A DNA stretch of 64,000 nucleotides, from positions 744,001 to 808,000 of the forward strand of contig CP142736.1 in NCBI GenBank assembly GCA_036630325.1, in the 5' to 3' direction. Shown here piece after piece: positions 24,147 through 35,449 of this stretch; the first letter of the stretch is position 1; every line of letters begins with the position of its first letter. Under the pieces are notes generated by a model. That model did no database searches, was not told where the DNA came from, and was given only the letters and a program-made list of their open reading frames with translations. The stretch comes from Vairimorpha necatrix. Its lineage: Eukaryota. The translations under genes and the position numbers were made by a program.

Positions 24147-24920
24147 ATTTCTTTGCAAGTAAGCGCGGGGAGAAATCTAACATATTAACCAAAGTATTTG
24201 GGTGCGATCCTTTAAAACTGGGACTGTGAGATTTTTACTCACTAAATCTCCCTTATATAACTTACCGAGCAGTAAGTTCCGCCATATCCATCGGCCTTTA
24301 GAGGTAAACAATATTCATTAAATGTCCCAAATTGCGTCCAGCATGGCCTCAATGTGGATATATTTTGCGGGAATTACTGCAATAACCCAGGGAAGACATT
24401 TTTATACTAGCTAATGTCTGTAATTCATATGTAACTCACACGGCTCTTTAACCCTCTACACCACCAACCCAGTATTCTATTGTACTGCATTGGCCACTTG
24501 TCTCTCACATGTTATTGTCACCGTGTTACAGAAATTTGTATGATTGAGGCCATAAGCCCTATATTGCTTTAATTCGTTTAGTCTCTTAATTAGCTTTGAA
24601 ACATCTATGGGCGTACTAGCCACGGGCTCCAACTGAGCTTTGCCCAGCGAATACTTTTATGTATCGTTAAATATTACAAGTGTAGAACTGTTATCGTCCC
24701 TATGTCGCGGGTTTACACTAGATGCCAATACCCTTATGGCTCGAGACACACAAGTTACATTTTTTTATCTTAGATATTATCGTGGACATTTTTATTATCT
24801 AAATATTTTCCAACTGCGTAATAGAAATTAGAAACAATATGAATCCAGGGTTCAGAACTCATTCTTGCCCAGTAAAAAAAACAATACCTTCGACCATTAG
24901 GCGAATGCCAAATGTGACAA
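24147..24920 (+). pseudogene. Decayed copy B of the unidentified multi-copy coding sequence
   Basis: ISLQ, TVRFLLT, Q*VPPYP, ALIRLVS*LA, TLDANTL and IFQ are collinear with copies A and C. Confidence 0.6.
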
Positions 24921-25134
24921 GATTTATCTGCAAGGCATAAAAGTTTTGAAATTTTGTAGGAAAAAAAACATATAAAATGATTCTCTAATTAAGTATGTAG
25001 ATAGATTATCAATACCAATAACGATAATTGTTTATTTTAAGACAAACACAATTTACTTTTCTAGAAAAATATGTCATAATACAATATTAAATAATAACAA
25101 AAAAGTTGTTAATCGAAATCTTTTATAGCGGTTT

Positions 25135-27297
25135 TTACTGACTTTCTAAAATTTTTATTATATCATTAGTTATTTGTGGAATATCTTTATCACTATGCAA
25201 ATTTCCTTTATAATTCAGCATTTTTTTTAGTTTCTGAAAAGTTACATCCCATTTTGATTTCTCGTTCATATCATCACAAAATTCGCTCCTAAATTTTTCT
25301 ATTATAACTTGATTAAAAAATTTAAATGAAATTTTTCTTACAAAGCCTGGATCATATTTATTAAAGTCCAGTAATAGTGCATCCATCAAACTACCCATAT
25401 ATCCATTTATTACATCTATGTTTATATTCGCGGATAGAAGTTCTAATAGGAAATCATTGAAAGTAGTTTCTACCAAGATTCTTGCTTCTTTTTTAAGTTT
25501 ATTTTTTGTTTCATAATTATATTCCTTAGTTAAAAAACATACTAAAGCTTCAAGTACAATAAAATTTAACTTCTTATCTAATAAAGATTTCTGAAGTATT
25601 CGTATTAATTTTTTTAGATCAGCCACATTTTTGTACTCTTCTTTTTCAATGTTCATTAGTTTTTTTCTTATAATTTTATTATACTCTGTAATTTCAATTT
25701 CATTTAGCTCAAAATTCTTAATAATTTTAGCTTTTTCTACTTTATAATTTTTTTTTAATGGATGATTATATATATCAATAAGACTTAAATCCGTAAATAA
25801 TGCAACTAGATTACATAAATTTTCAGATATTATCTTTTCAGACATATTTGACTTGTTATTATAAATTTTAATGAGTAGATCAAGACACTTCACTAAATTA
25901 ATATTTTTTTTAGAGCTATTTGTTGACCAGTTTTCGTTATCATTTTTTTCAATTACACTCCATAAATCCTTTAATGTTTGAAAAAGTAAATCATCTTCTG
26001 TGTCGTTTTCATCAATATATTTTTCTGCTTCCAAGAGTAAACAAATCCCCATTAAATATTGTTCAATTGTGTGGTAAGTATTTTCTAACTTCTTTGTTAT
26101 CTTTTTTGTTAGTTTTGTTTTTTTTACATCTACTTCTTTCTTTTTTCCAATTATAATATTAAATGCATCTCTATTAATTGTGTCATTACTTAGCAAAAAA
26201 TGTGCAAATAATATGTTTAAAGCTGTTTCTGGTTGCCGTATAATTTTTTCGACGAAAAATCCCAACTTGTTGCTGTTTTGTAATAGTCTGTAAAATATAA
26301 TAATACTATCTACATTATCCATATTATGCAGACTATGAAGTAAAGTTCGGAATTCTTCCAAGCAAATTTTGTTTATATAGATATTTTCTACATTTTTTTT
26401 CGATACATTTTCTAGACAATAACAATATTCTACAATGTCATAAACAAAACTTATTTTTTCTTCTTGTATTTCAATTACAAATGGTTTAACACAGAATATT
26501 TTAATTTTTTTAAGTGTACTGTTGATTGGAATTTTTTGCATACGTAAATTTTGAAAATAAAGATTTTCGTATAGCCCCGGAAATAAAACCCTATATTTCT
26601 CTAGTATTTGATCATTAAATTTTTTTTGAATATTAATTTCTGTTTCAACTAAGCAATAAAGTTCATCAAAATGGAATTCAAAAAAATAAAGAAAATTACT
26701 TATTTCAATCCGCAAAATAACATAACACCTATTATTTAACAAGTTATTACTATAATGAATTGATGAGCGTGACATATTTGACTTACTTTCATAAGTTCGT
26801 TGATTAATTTCTGAAACAATGCTATGTAATTTATCATTTTCTCCACAAATATTTGCGTAACAAATTTTGAAAAGTTTATCTTTTACTCTTCTAAAGAGAT
26901 TCAATTTTTTAAGTTGTTCTACTAACATATGAATTTTAAGATTTGTTTTATAATCTATAATATTGTATAAAAATACAATTGAAAAGTTTTCAATGCCATA
27001 TAATACTTCTTTTATCTTATCTTCCATTTCTTCAATAATCCTATAACTAGTTTTTTCTTCTATATAGACGTGAAAACGCTCTAATTCAATGTTAAAATTT
27101 AGATCATTTTTAAAACATAATATTTTAAAAGCTATAGATAGCCCGGAATATGATGCACATACGGTAACGTTTGTTTTTTCTTTCATAGTATCAATAGAAA
27201 CATAGTCTCTATTTTCTATTTTCCTCAAAATATTGCCAAATAATATTTTGTTTGCCTTTACAAATACAAATACAGCAATCATTTTAAAGATAATCAT
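25135..27297 (-). CDS. Lineage-specific secreted protein, family A member 2 (720 aa)
   Basis: Signal peptide ending VFVKA-N; CCCC upstream; paralog of 21032-22738. Confidence 0.88.
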   Translation of the reverse strand: MIIFKMIAVFVFVKANKILFGNILRKIENRDYVSIDTMKEKTNVTVCASYSGLSIAFKILCFKNDLNFNIELERFHVYIEEKTSYRIIEEMEDKIKEVLYGIENFSIVFLYNIIDYKTNLKIHMLVEQLKKLNLFRRVKDKLFKICYANICGENDKLHSIVSEINQRTYESKSNMSRSSIHYSNNLLNNRCYVILRIEISNFLYFFEFHFDELYCLVETEINIQKKFNDQILEKYRVLFPGLYENLYFQNLRMQKIPINSTLKKIKIFCVKPFVIEIQEEKISFVYDIVEYCYCLENVSKKNVENIYINKICLEEFRTLLHSLHNMDNVDSIIIFYRLLQNSNKLGFFVEKIIRQPETALNILFAHFLLSNDTINRDAFNIIIGKKKEVDVKKTKLTKKITKKLENTYHTIEQYLMGICLLLEAEKYIDENDTEDDLLFQTLKDLWSVIEKNDNENWSTNSSKKNINLVKCLDLLIKIYNNKSNMSEKIISENLCNLVALFTDLSLIDIYNHPLKKNYKVEKAKIIKNFELNEIEITEYNKIIRKKLMNIEKEEYKNVADLKKLIRILQKSLLDKKLNFIVLEALVCFLTKEYNYETKNKLKKEARILVETTFNDFLLELLSANINIDVINGYMGSLMDALLLDFNKYDPGFVRKISFKFFNQVIIEKFRSEFCDDMNEKSKWDVTFQKLKKMLNYKGNLHSDKDIPQITNDIIKILESQ

Positions 27298-29099
27298 AGT
27301 GGGGCATCATAAATATAGATGAAATAGAAAATATATAAATTTGTAAACAAAGTATAATTGGGTTCTCAATAAGATTTTTTGTTTTTAAATTAGTTATTGC
27401 ACATTTTTTTTAGAATAATATGTATTTAATTTTTAAATATAAAAAACAAATCATTTGTTTGTTTTTTACGTAAAAATTTCATAACTATCAAATAAATATG
27501 GTAAAAAGTTTAATTGAAACCTAAAATGTTTATTTTACGGATTTTTTATTTAAATTTTTGGATTCTTTTACTAAAAACACTGAAATTAATTGATAATATA
27601 AGCTTTAATTTTGAACCATATGAATGATCTCTGATGGTGTTAATTGTAATAATGTAACTTTTTAATAATAAAGACTTAAAAATATTTAATTGTAGAATCA
27701 CATAATGCACGATATAATTGGCGTTCTTCCAAACAAAACATGTTTCGATGTATAGAATATACACCAGTGCTTTGTGCAGAAAAACATCTTTCATTATATT
27801 ATTAGTTTTATATTGTGAGATTAGTGTAAGTTACAAACATTTTATTATTTTTTACACAATTTAAGCCTTATTTGGCCTAATAGAATATAAAAACGTTGTA
27901 AAAACTCATTATGTTTATATTTCTCGTTTTTTAGCTTTTTTCAAAAAGTATAAAACTAATCTTCTTTATTTGTATATAAAACAAAGCTGAAAATTACAAA
28001 ATCTAGAAGTGTTTTTTTCGGAATTTTAATTATATTTTTTTTATTGATTTAAACAATTTTTTTGGAGAAAAAGTAAAAAGAAAATCCCGTTTTCTGAAAT
28101 CTTGCTTGTGAAACATAAAGATAAAAATTGAAATTGTAAATAATAAAGTCTATTTGATTAGGTGGACTTTTTTTGTGCATATATTGTATAAAGTATACAC
28201 ACTTAGTCTCCAATCTCAACTCTGGACGTTCTTAAACCCTACTTATATGGTTTATGATTAATCTTCCGGATCCGTATCAAGACTAGGTCTGCTCAACACA
28301 GCCAAGCTTTCAAAAACCATCTTGCAATACTTTTCTGCAGCCTTGCTTTTGTTCGGGGCTTTAAAGGCGTTTCTTTAGTTTTAGCGGAGAATAAATAGAC
28401 ATATTAATCCTCTGATCATCACATACGAGATAAATTAGGGCTAGTATATGTAATTGAAGCTGAATGGTTTTAACAGGTCTTATTTGTTTTATTTTTTGTC
28501 TCTATTGCAAGCATATTATTAATAATTGATTTCCCTTAAATATTAAGGCAAATCTGATTTTAATTTGTCTACGATTAACAGGTTCTGTTTATTATATCTT
28601 TTTTAAAATTAATTATTTCTTAGAGCGACCAGTTTTTTGATCTTTTTGCTAAATATACGTTTTTTGTGGTAGTTATAATTATTTTAGCGTACAATGCTAT
28701 ATGTCTTACACAACTGTAGGTACATATAACGCAGTGAATCATTGTGATATTTCACACAATGATTTCCAATTTATTTAAATATTGGATATGATATGATTCT
28801 TAATTGTAAACAATATATTACAAAGGTAACATCTTCTTTATTTGTTAATATATATAAACCTGATCATCAAGAGAAAAAGTATTATATTTGTAATTTTAAT
28901 AAAAAATATGCTTTTGCGAGGTCTTATACATAAAAGATAGTGTATAATTAATAAAGAATTTCACTTCAAAAGTTAAATGTACATGTTATAGTATTATTGA
29001 TGATTTTATTAGATTAGTAATAGGACATAGATTTAGTGAAGCTGAGAGCATTCATTTTCTATAATTATTAAAAAGTAATTATACAAATAAAAGGAGCAG

Positions 29100-30051
29100 G
29101 GGGCCACTTTGGTCAAAAAATGGTATTTAAGAAAATTTGTTTTTTTTTACCCCAAAAATGAAAAGTCGAGAGGAAGAGCTCTTGAACATCTTTACAACAG
29201 CAATTCAAAATAAGACTGTAAAGTGTCCAAAATGCGATGCTTACTGTAAAGTAAGTAATAAAAATAAATTAATGACTAAATGTGTTGGAAAGCATGTCGG
29301 AGGAAAGTGTCATTATTAAAAGACTCTCCATTTTATTACAAAAAAACAAATATTTTAGATGTTTTGTTACTAATAAAATTATGGTCTTGTAAGGTTAACA
29401 GACTGCTATAGGAGAATTTCTTGATATTGGTAAAAGATGTATTCTACATATCATAAAAAACAATTTCTACAATTAATAAAGTATACAAACGAACTGGTAA
29501 AATCAGTGGACCAGAAATAATAGTAGAAATAGATGAAAGCAAATTTGGTAAAGTAAAATACCACAGAGGACATCGGGTTGAAGGTGTATGGGTTTTTGGG
29601 ATGGTTGAAAGAACCATCCAATGAAAGATAGTTATGATTTCAGTCGACGATAGGAAAGCCAAAACACTAGAAGAAATAATTAAAAATTATGTTCACTCCG
29701 AATCAATTATACACAGTGACTGCTTCAAGTCTTATTTTAAGTTAAAAGACTATTTTGCTGAACACAAAACTGTTAATCATTCATTGGAGTTTGTAAATAA
29801 TTCCAATAGATGTCATACTAACACAATTGAAGGAAATTGGAGTGAATTAATAAATGAGACTTCGGCAAGACACAGAACATTGATTATTGGTTCGTTGATA
29901 AGATATATGTTAAGAAGGAACTTTGAAGGTGATTTATTTACGAATATTATTAAATTTATTTTTTCTTCCTTTTTTTGCCGTTTTGACTTTCAAAAAAAGG
30001 GCCTTTTTTAAAATAAAATATTTATACCATTTTTTTGACCAAAGTGGCCCC
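29100..30051 (+). mobile_element. Merlin/IS1016 transposon, full length, transposase disrupted
   Basis: TIR GGGGCCACTTTGGTCAAAAAATGGTAT and its inverse at 30024-30051. ATG 29158 after CCCC; CPKC, GPEIIVEIDESKFG, GVWVFGMVER, IHSDCFKSY and HTNTIEGNWS; frameshifts and an internal TGA. No TSD visible. Confidence 0.92.
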
Positions 30052-33000
30052 TTTAACCCAAATAAAATGTAGCCTAAAAAAAATTCTTGTTTAAAAAAGA
30101 GTAGTTAGCCAAATGAAAACATGTGTATTTATTTAAGTTCTGCAAATGTTTATAGAGTCAGAATATATTATTATGATTAGTATTAGTCAAAAAAATATAA
30201 TACTTGGTCTAAAGGTATTTGGGTCTTATCTTTTACGTTTATTTGTTTATCAGAACATGGACTTGATTTAATAGAAGCCTCGACGAAAACGCGGCGGAAT
30301 TGGCAAAGTGCTATTTAATATGATTTTTTGGAAATTAGTAAATAGATCGACTATTATTGTTATAAAAAAGGTTGCTTTCCGCTTTATAGAAAATTAAAAA
30401 AAATACATAATATAATATAATATAATGTAGAAAGGCGAATTGTATCTATTGGTAAGAACTTACTTAGTTCGTGGAAATCAGTAAGTATAAAAAGCCTTTT
30501 CAAATTTCGTAGTGTTTTGTGAACAAAATTAAATGAAATGTGATTTTGACATTGCCATTTTTTAATTGTTTTATTTTATATACAGATATTGGTTACAGGT
30601 CGGATTTGTCCCCCGTATTGTTTGACGTAATAACGCAATAACGTTTTTATAAAAAACTAAAAATAAAAATTTTATCACAATTATTAATGTGTAAGTTTAA
30701 TAAATTTTTAGCCTCATATAGATCCCTGGCATTTTCACACTTTTAGAAACATAGTTAACGTACTTATTATAATTAATCTTTAATTTTTTTTCATTTTAAG
30801 GCATCATATCTTGATAATCTGTTCAAAGCAACTGAAACATTCGGTAAAGTTTCAATATGGGCTTGCTAAAGATACCAAATAAATGGATTTGGGGGTTGAA
30901 GTTTATTGTTGTCATGTTCCGCTCTTCAATTCAAAAAAGTTGTCATGCAACATTTATATTAAAACAAACAGTTTGAATATTATGGAATAAAGTCGAAAAT
31001 TTATAGTCCTTTACTTTGTTTACTTATATTTTGAAGTAAATCCCAGTATATATTACCGAAAGAGAAAAATTATAACTTTATTACTATTATGTATTCATAT
31101 CATAAGAATTCTATGAAGTGTACAAATATTAGCAATAATAATATTGTTCAATATGTTAGCTACTTAAAGATAAAAACATAAAATTAAAAATTAATGAATA
31201 TGGCAAATTTTAATTGTTTAGTCGCAGCATCACGCCAAGGTTGCCAACTCGAATGCATTTAAACTCAATTTTAATTTTTTTAGCGATATCCATAGCACCA
31301 TTATCATCCTTTATTTAATACGAAATTATGTCAATATCTTTTTATGAATATAGATTATATGACGGCCAATATGTTTGAATAAAAATTATACACCGTGGTA
31401 TTTTTATATTAGACTTGCTTTCAAGGAAAGTAAAAATATTTATAATTAAAAAAAATTAATTAAAAAACATAAAAAATTAGCTTTAATTACGCCTATATAA
31501 CAATATATTTTGATCTTGAGGTTTTTTATCATCAATTGATCATTTTTAAAATAATCAAATTTTTCTACCATAGCTAATGTCTATAAAAAGAAATTTTAGA
31601 AAAATTAACTTTTAAGACTTTTTACACAAATTATAAATTATTTTTAAGTAAAGGACATAATAAAATTATGTAAGTCCTATGATAAGTGATTGTTAAATTC
31701 CCCCTGTATTGTATTTTCTCAGCTTTTAAACAGTTTCATAGAGATTCTTTTGTTAAAAAATCTAACGAAATTGTTCTATGAAATCTGTAGATATCAAACA
31801 AATTAATTAAAATTTTAGAATTGTTTTTGCAGTTATTATAACTTTTTGGCACATTAGACATCACAAAAACGTGCGTTGCTTATAAATGATATTTTCGTAG
31901 TAAAAATCGACGATCTAGATACATTACCGACTAATATTTGATTTATATAGTAACTTATGACTTTTTACATATACACTGTTTTTAGATTTCTTTAAAGTAA
32001 GGCACTTTTTAGGTTTTGTGAACATGGTTCTTTATTTATCATATTTTCATCTTCTATATAAAAATTTGTTATTAGCATTTTGACTTATTAAATGATACAA
32101 AATATTTAACTTAAAAGTAATAAATTCATCTAAATTTTTTTGATATGTTTATAAGATTTGCTTAAGCGAGAAAATATAGCAACAATGTAGCTAATAAAGA
32201 GATTAAAGATAAATTTAAATAATATTATTTTGCATTCATGTTTGCTTGTGGGGTTTAGTATATCGACAATTTTAAAAAACATAATAGATTCAACAAAAGA
32301 TATTATTGAGAGAAAAAAAAAGTATAACCAAAAATAGACTCAAAGAGTTTGGTTGTAAAAACCTTTAAATAACCAATTTGTTAACTTCCGTTATTAAATA
32401 TTTTTTTATCGTTATTACGTAGGCACAACAATAATGGTTTTGGAATTTTGACGAAAAATCAACAATTGCGAATATAAAAATATGTGTACAAAAAGGAGCA
32501 TTTTGCCGTTTTAGTAAAAATTAAAATATTCATTAGAAACAATATTCATTTTGGATTTTTCGTAGGATAAATAGTTGATATTTTTGTTGAAAATATGTAC
32601 AAAATAGTAATAAGTGTAAATTATTTTTTATGTGATTTAAAAAATATATTAAGACATGAATTTACAAAAAATAAGGTCGACTTCTAACAATGTTTTTATT
32701 TTCGTTAAAATTTATTAAATAACATGATATACATAAGTACTACTCTTTTTTTCAAATATGTTGTTTAGTTTAAGTAAACTATCATAATTTAGTTTTGTAA
32801 ACCTTTTCAACCAAGTTATTTTCAACAAGCCTTATATAGAGCTCTAACTGCAATATGGATTTTTAAGAAAAAAGCGAGAGGTTGTATAATTACATATCTA
32901 CAATAGTATTGATCTGAACAAAATTTCAAAAATAGATAACTTATAATGTTTTTATGTTTTCAATAAATTCCAGAGTCATTCTGATATATTAATGTTTACA

Positions 33001-33302
33001 AAAAATAATGAAACAAAAAGTCCAGCGATATAAAAACATAAATCGTGTAAACTTTTATTCGATCATTTTTATGACCATAAAGTATTTATTTGACGTCACC
33101 ACAGAATATGTAATATCAAAAATTGATAAATTTATTCATAAAAATAAAAATTTACGATGTTTTGAAGCAAAGATTAGACGTATAATAAATTTAGAGAATT
33201 TAAATACCTGATTTATTATTTTATGAGTTTTTTTATAAAAAAAAGATTCTTTTTCAAATTCATTAGTTTTTTGATTAATGTATTTTGTGAATTTTCAGCC
33301 CA

Positions 33303-34178
33303 ATGATTTTTGTAATTTCGAACATATGTTGTTCATATTCTTTTTACAGTTTTCATACAGGTTCTATTAATAATTATGTAAGTCGTCAAAGTCAAAATAA
33401 TCATTCTGTTGTATCTAGATCTAACGTAAACATCATGGAGTATAATTATTTGTTACAAAGTTTAAATTTGTTGCATCCCCAAGAGCTAAATGTACTATAT
33501 AATGTTATAGATAAACATTTGATTGAAGATAATGATGATCATTACTTATTGCTTAAAGAACTAGGTAGATCTATTGATAATTTCGAAAAAATTTTAGAGT
33601 TAAAAAAAAGATTATTGACTTTATCTAAAAAATCGGGGGAAAAATTGAATATGAGTGATGAAGTCTTAGATGAAATTAATAATAATAAAAAATATATCTA
33701 TGATAAGGGCATGAGATTAAAAAGTATTGGAGGTAATTATATCAATTTAATCAAAAAGAGATTAAAAAACTCAAATTTGTCGGAGAATAAGATTGGATTT
33801 TATGTGTTTGTTTTAGATTTTGTAACAGAAATTTTTGATTTTATGGTCCACAATACTCATAACTGTCATGTTAAATTGCATTATTGTTATATAATTAATC
33901 AATATGAGACATATGAATACTGTATGCAAATGTTAATTGAAGATATTTCACTTCCTAATATATTATATCATACCGAACAATGTCTACGTGAAGAAACTAA
34001 TGTAAATAAAAGTAAAAAAATTGATGTTTTAATTGAGTTAAGATATTTAATTAAAAATATAAGAAGATTTTATGAGAACATAGAAAATTATTTATTACGC
34101 ATACGAAAAATTTTGAACTTGATTAAAGAGTGTATGAATAAATCAAATTGTAATGCTAAACCAAATCTTCATGATTAA
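33303..34178 (+). CDS. Lineage-specific, probably secreted protein, family B member 1 (291 aa)
   Basis: CCC-A-ATG; short hydrophobic N-terminus; shares LYNVID.HLI..NDDHYLLLKEL, CHVKLHY and HTE.C with 38828-39727. Confidence 0.85.
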   Translation: MIFVISNICCSYSFYSFHTGSINNYVSRQSQNNHSVVSRSNVNIMEYNYLLQSLNLLHPQELNVLYNVIDKHLIEDNDDHYLLLKELGRSIDNFEKILELKKRLLTLSKKSGEKLNMSDEVLDEINNNKKYIYDKGMRLKSIGGNYINLIKKRLKNSNLSENKIGFYVFVLDFVTEIFDFMVHNTHNCHVKLHYCYIINQYETYEYCMQMLIEDISLPNILYHTEQCLREETNVNKSKKIDVLIELRYLIKNIRRFYENIENYLLRIRKILNLIKECMNKSNCNAKPNLHD

Positions 34179-34348
34179 AAGTTTCTTCTATATTCTAATA
34201 ACGATTCGAATTGATCTAAGTCTTATATAATTGTGATATTCGTTTTAATGAAAAAAATAAATGTAAATTTTAAGGTACAAGATAAGGTTTAGGTTGTTTT
34301 GTTTTAGGATAATTTTTCATATTATATTTTTATAAATACCGACTTTTA

Positions 34349-35449
34349 GGTGCATCTTTAGTAACGGGCCAGAATTTTACAGTTTTAAAAAATAATTTTT
34401 ACCCCCCTAAATGGAGAATACAAATTTTGAAAACTCTGGCCCGTTACTAAAGAAAAGCACCAAAATGCAGCTTGTGCTAATACAAAGACTTTTTCATGAC
34501 TTAGACGCCTGTTTAGAGTCTTTAGTGTATTTAGAAGTTCTTAATTAAGAAAAACCATGCACCAAGTGTGGCTCTATAATGAAGTTAGGGCCTAGGATAG
34601 AAGTGGTCGTTACTAGAGGAGCGTATCGTTGCATGAATTACAAATGCAATGTCAGGGAAGCTATTAATAAAGGCTGCAAACTGCCATTATTTACTTTTTG
34701 CGATCTTATCTTTATGATACTGTGTAGGAACTCTTACTTTCAGATAATGGCGAGATTAGGTATTTCTACTGCTACAATTTCATCGGCTAAAGCAAGGTTA
34801 AGAAGTATTTTTAGGGAAACCATCCGAAATAGAATGGTAATAGGTGGACCGGGTCAAGTTATCCAAGTAGACGAATCCGTAATTTGCAGAAGGGGTAAAA
34901 TACGGTCCCCTACAAGCGCCGATGATTACATAAGGGACACCGTTTGGATCGTAGGCATAATTGATACACAAAACCCTTCAAATTTTTACATTACGAGAGT
35001 AGAAAATAGAACGGTTGAATGCCTTACAGCCGCTTTAGAGGGAAAAATTGGCGTGGGTTCGGTGCTACACAGTGACGGGCATCCGAGTTATCCTCGTGTT
35101 GCCGAGAACTTATGTTTGGATCATCATGTCGTTAATCATTCTATAGGATTCTTATCAACTGATGGCATACATACAAATAACATTGAAAACGTCTGGTCAC
35201 AATTAAAATCAGAGATGACAAAAGAACATGGAGTAAAACGGTCTGAAATAGATACTTGGCTAGACGAGTTTATGTTTAGAAAGAAAATGTTGAGAAGACG
35301 ACATAAACGGCTTTTATCATGGATTTCTTGATCTATTATCTAAGTTATTGAATTAAAACTGCCTTTTTATATGTTTTTTATGTATTTTTTCTAAATTTTT
35401 TGTTTATAAGGGGGACCCTTACCTTCTGGCCCGTTACTAAAGATGCACC
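34349..35449 (+). mobile_element. Young Merlin/IS1016 transposon with perfect 26-bp TIRs and 8-bp TSD; transposase has an in-frame stop
   Basis: TIR GGTGCATCTTTAGTAACGGGCCAGAA (34349-34374 and 35424-35449); TSD GACTTTTA (34341-34348 and 35450-35457). ATG 34411 after CCCCCC is in frame with ORF 34579-35331 apart from TAA at 34546-34548. Motifs IQVDES, LHSDG and HTNNIENVWS. Confidence 0.97.

Noticed and set aside
28150-31450. GC-richer patches flanking the 29.1-kb Merlin (28.2-28.8 kb and 30.6-31.4 kb) that may be TE relics
   Set aside because: No termini pair or protein motif could be supported.
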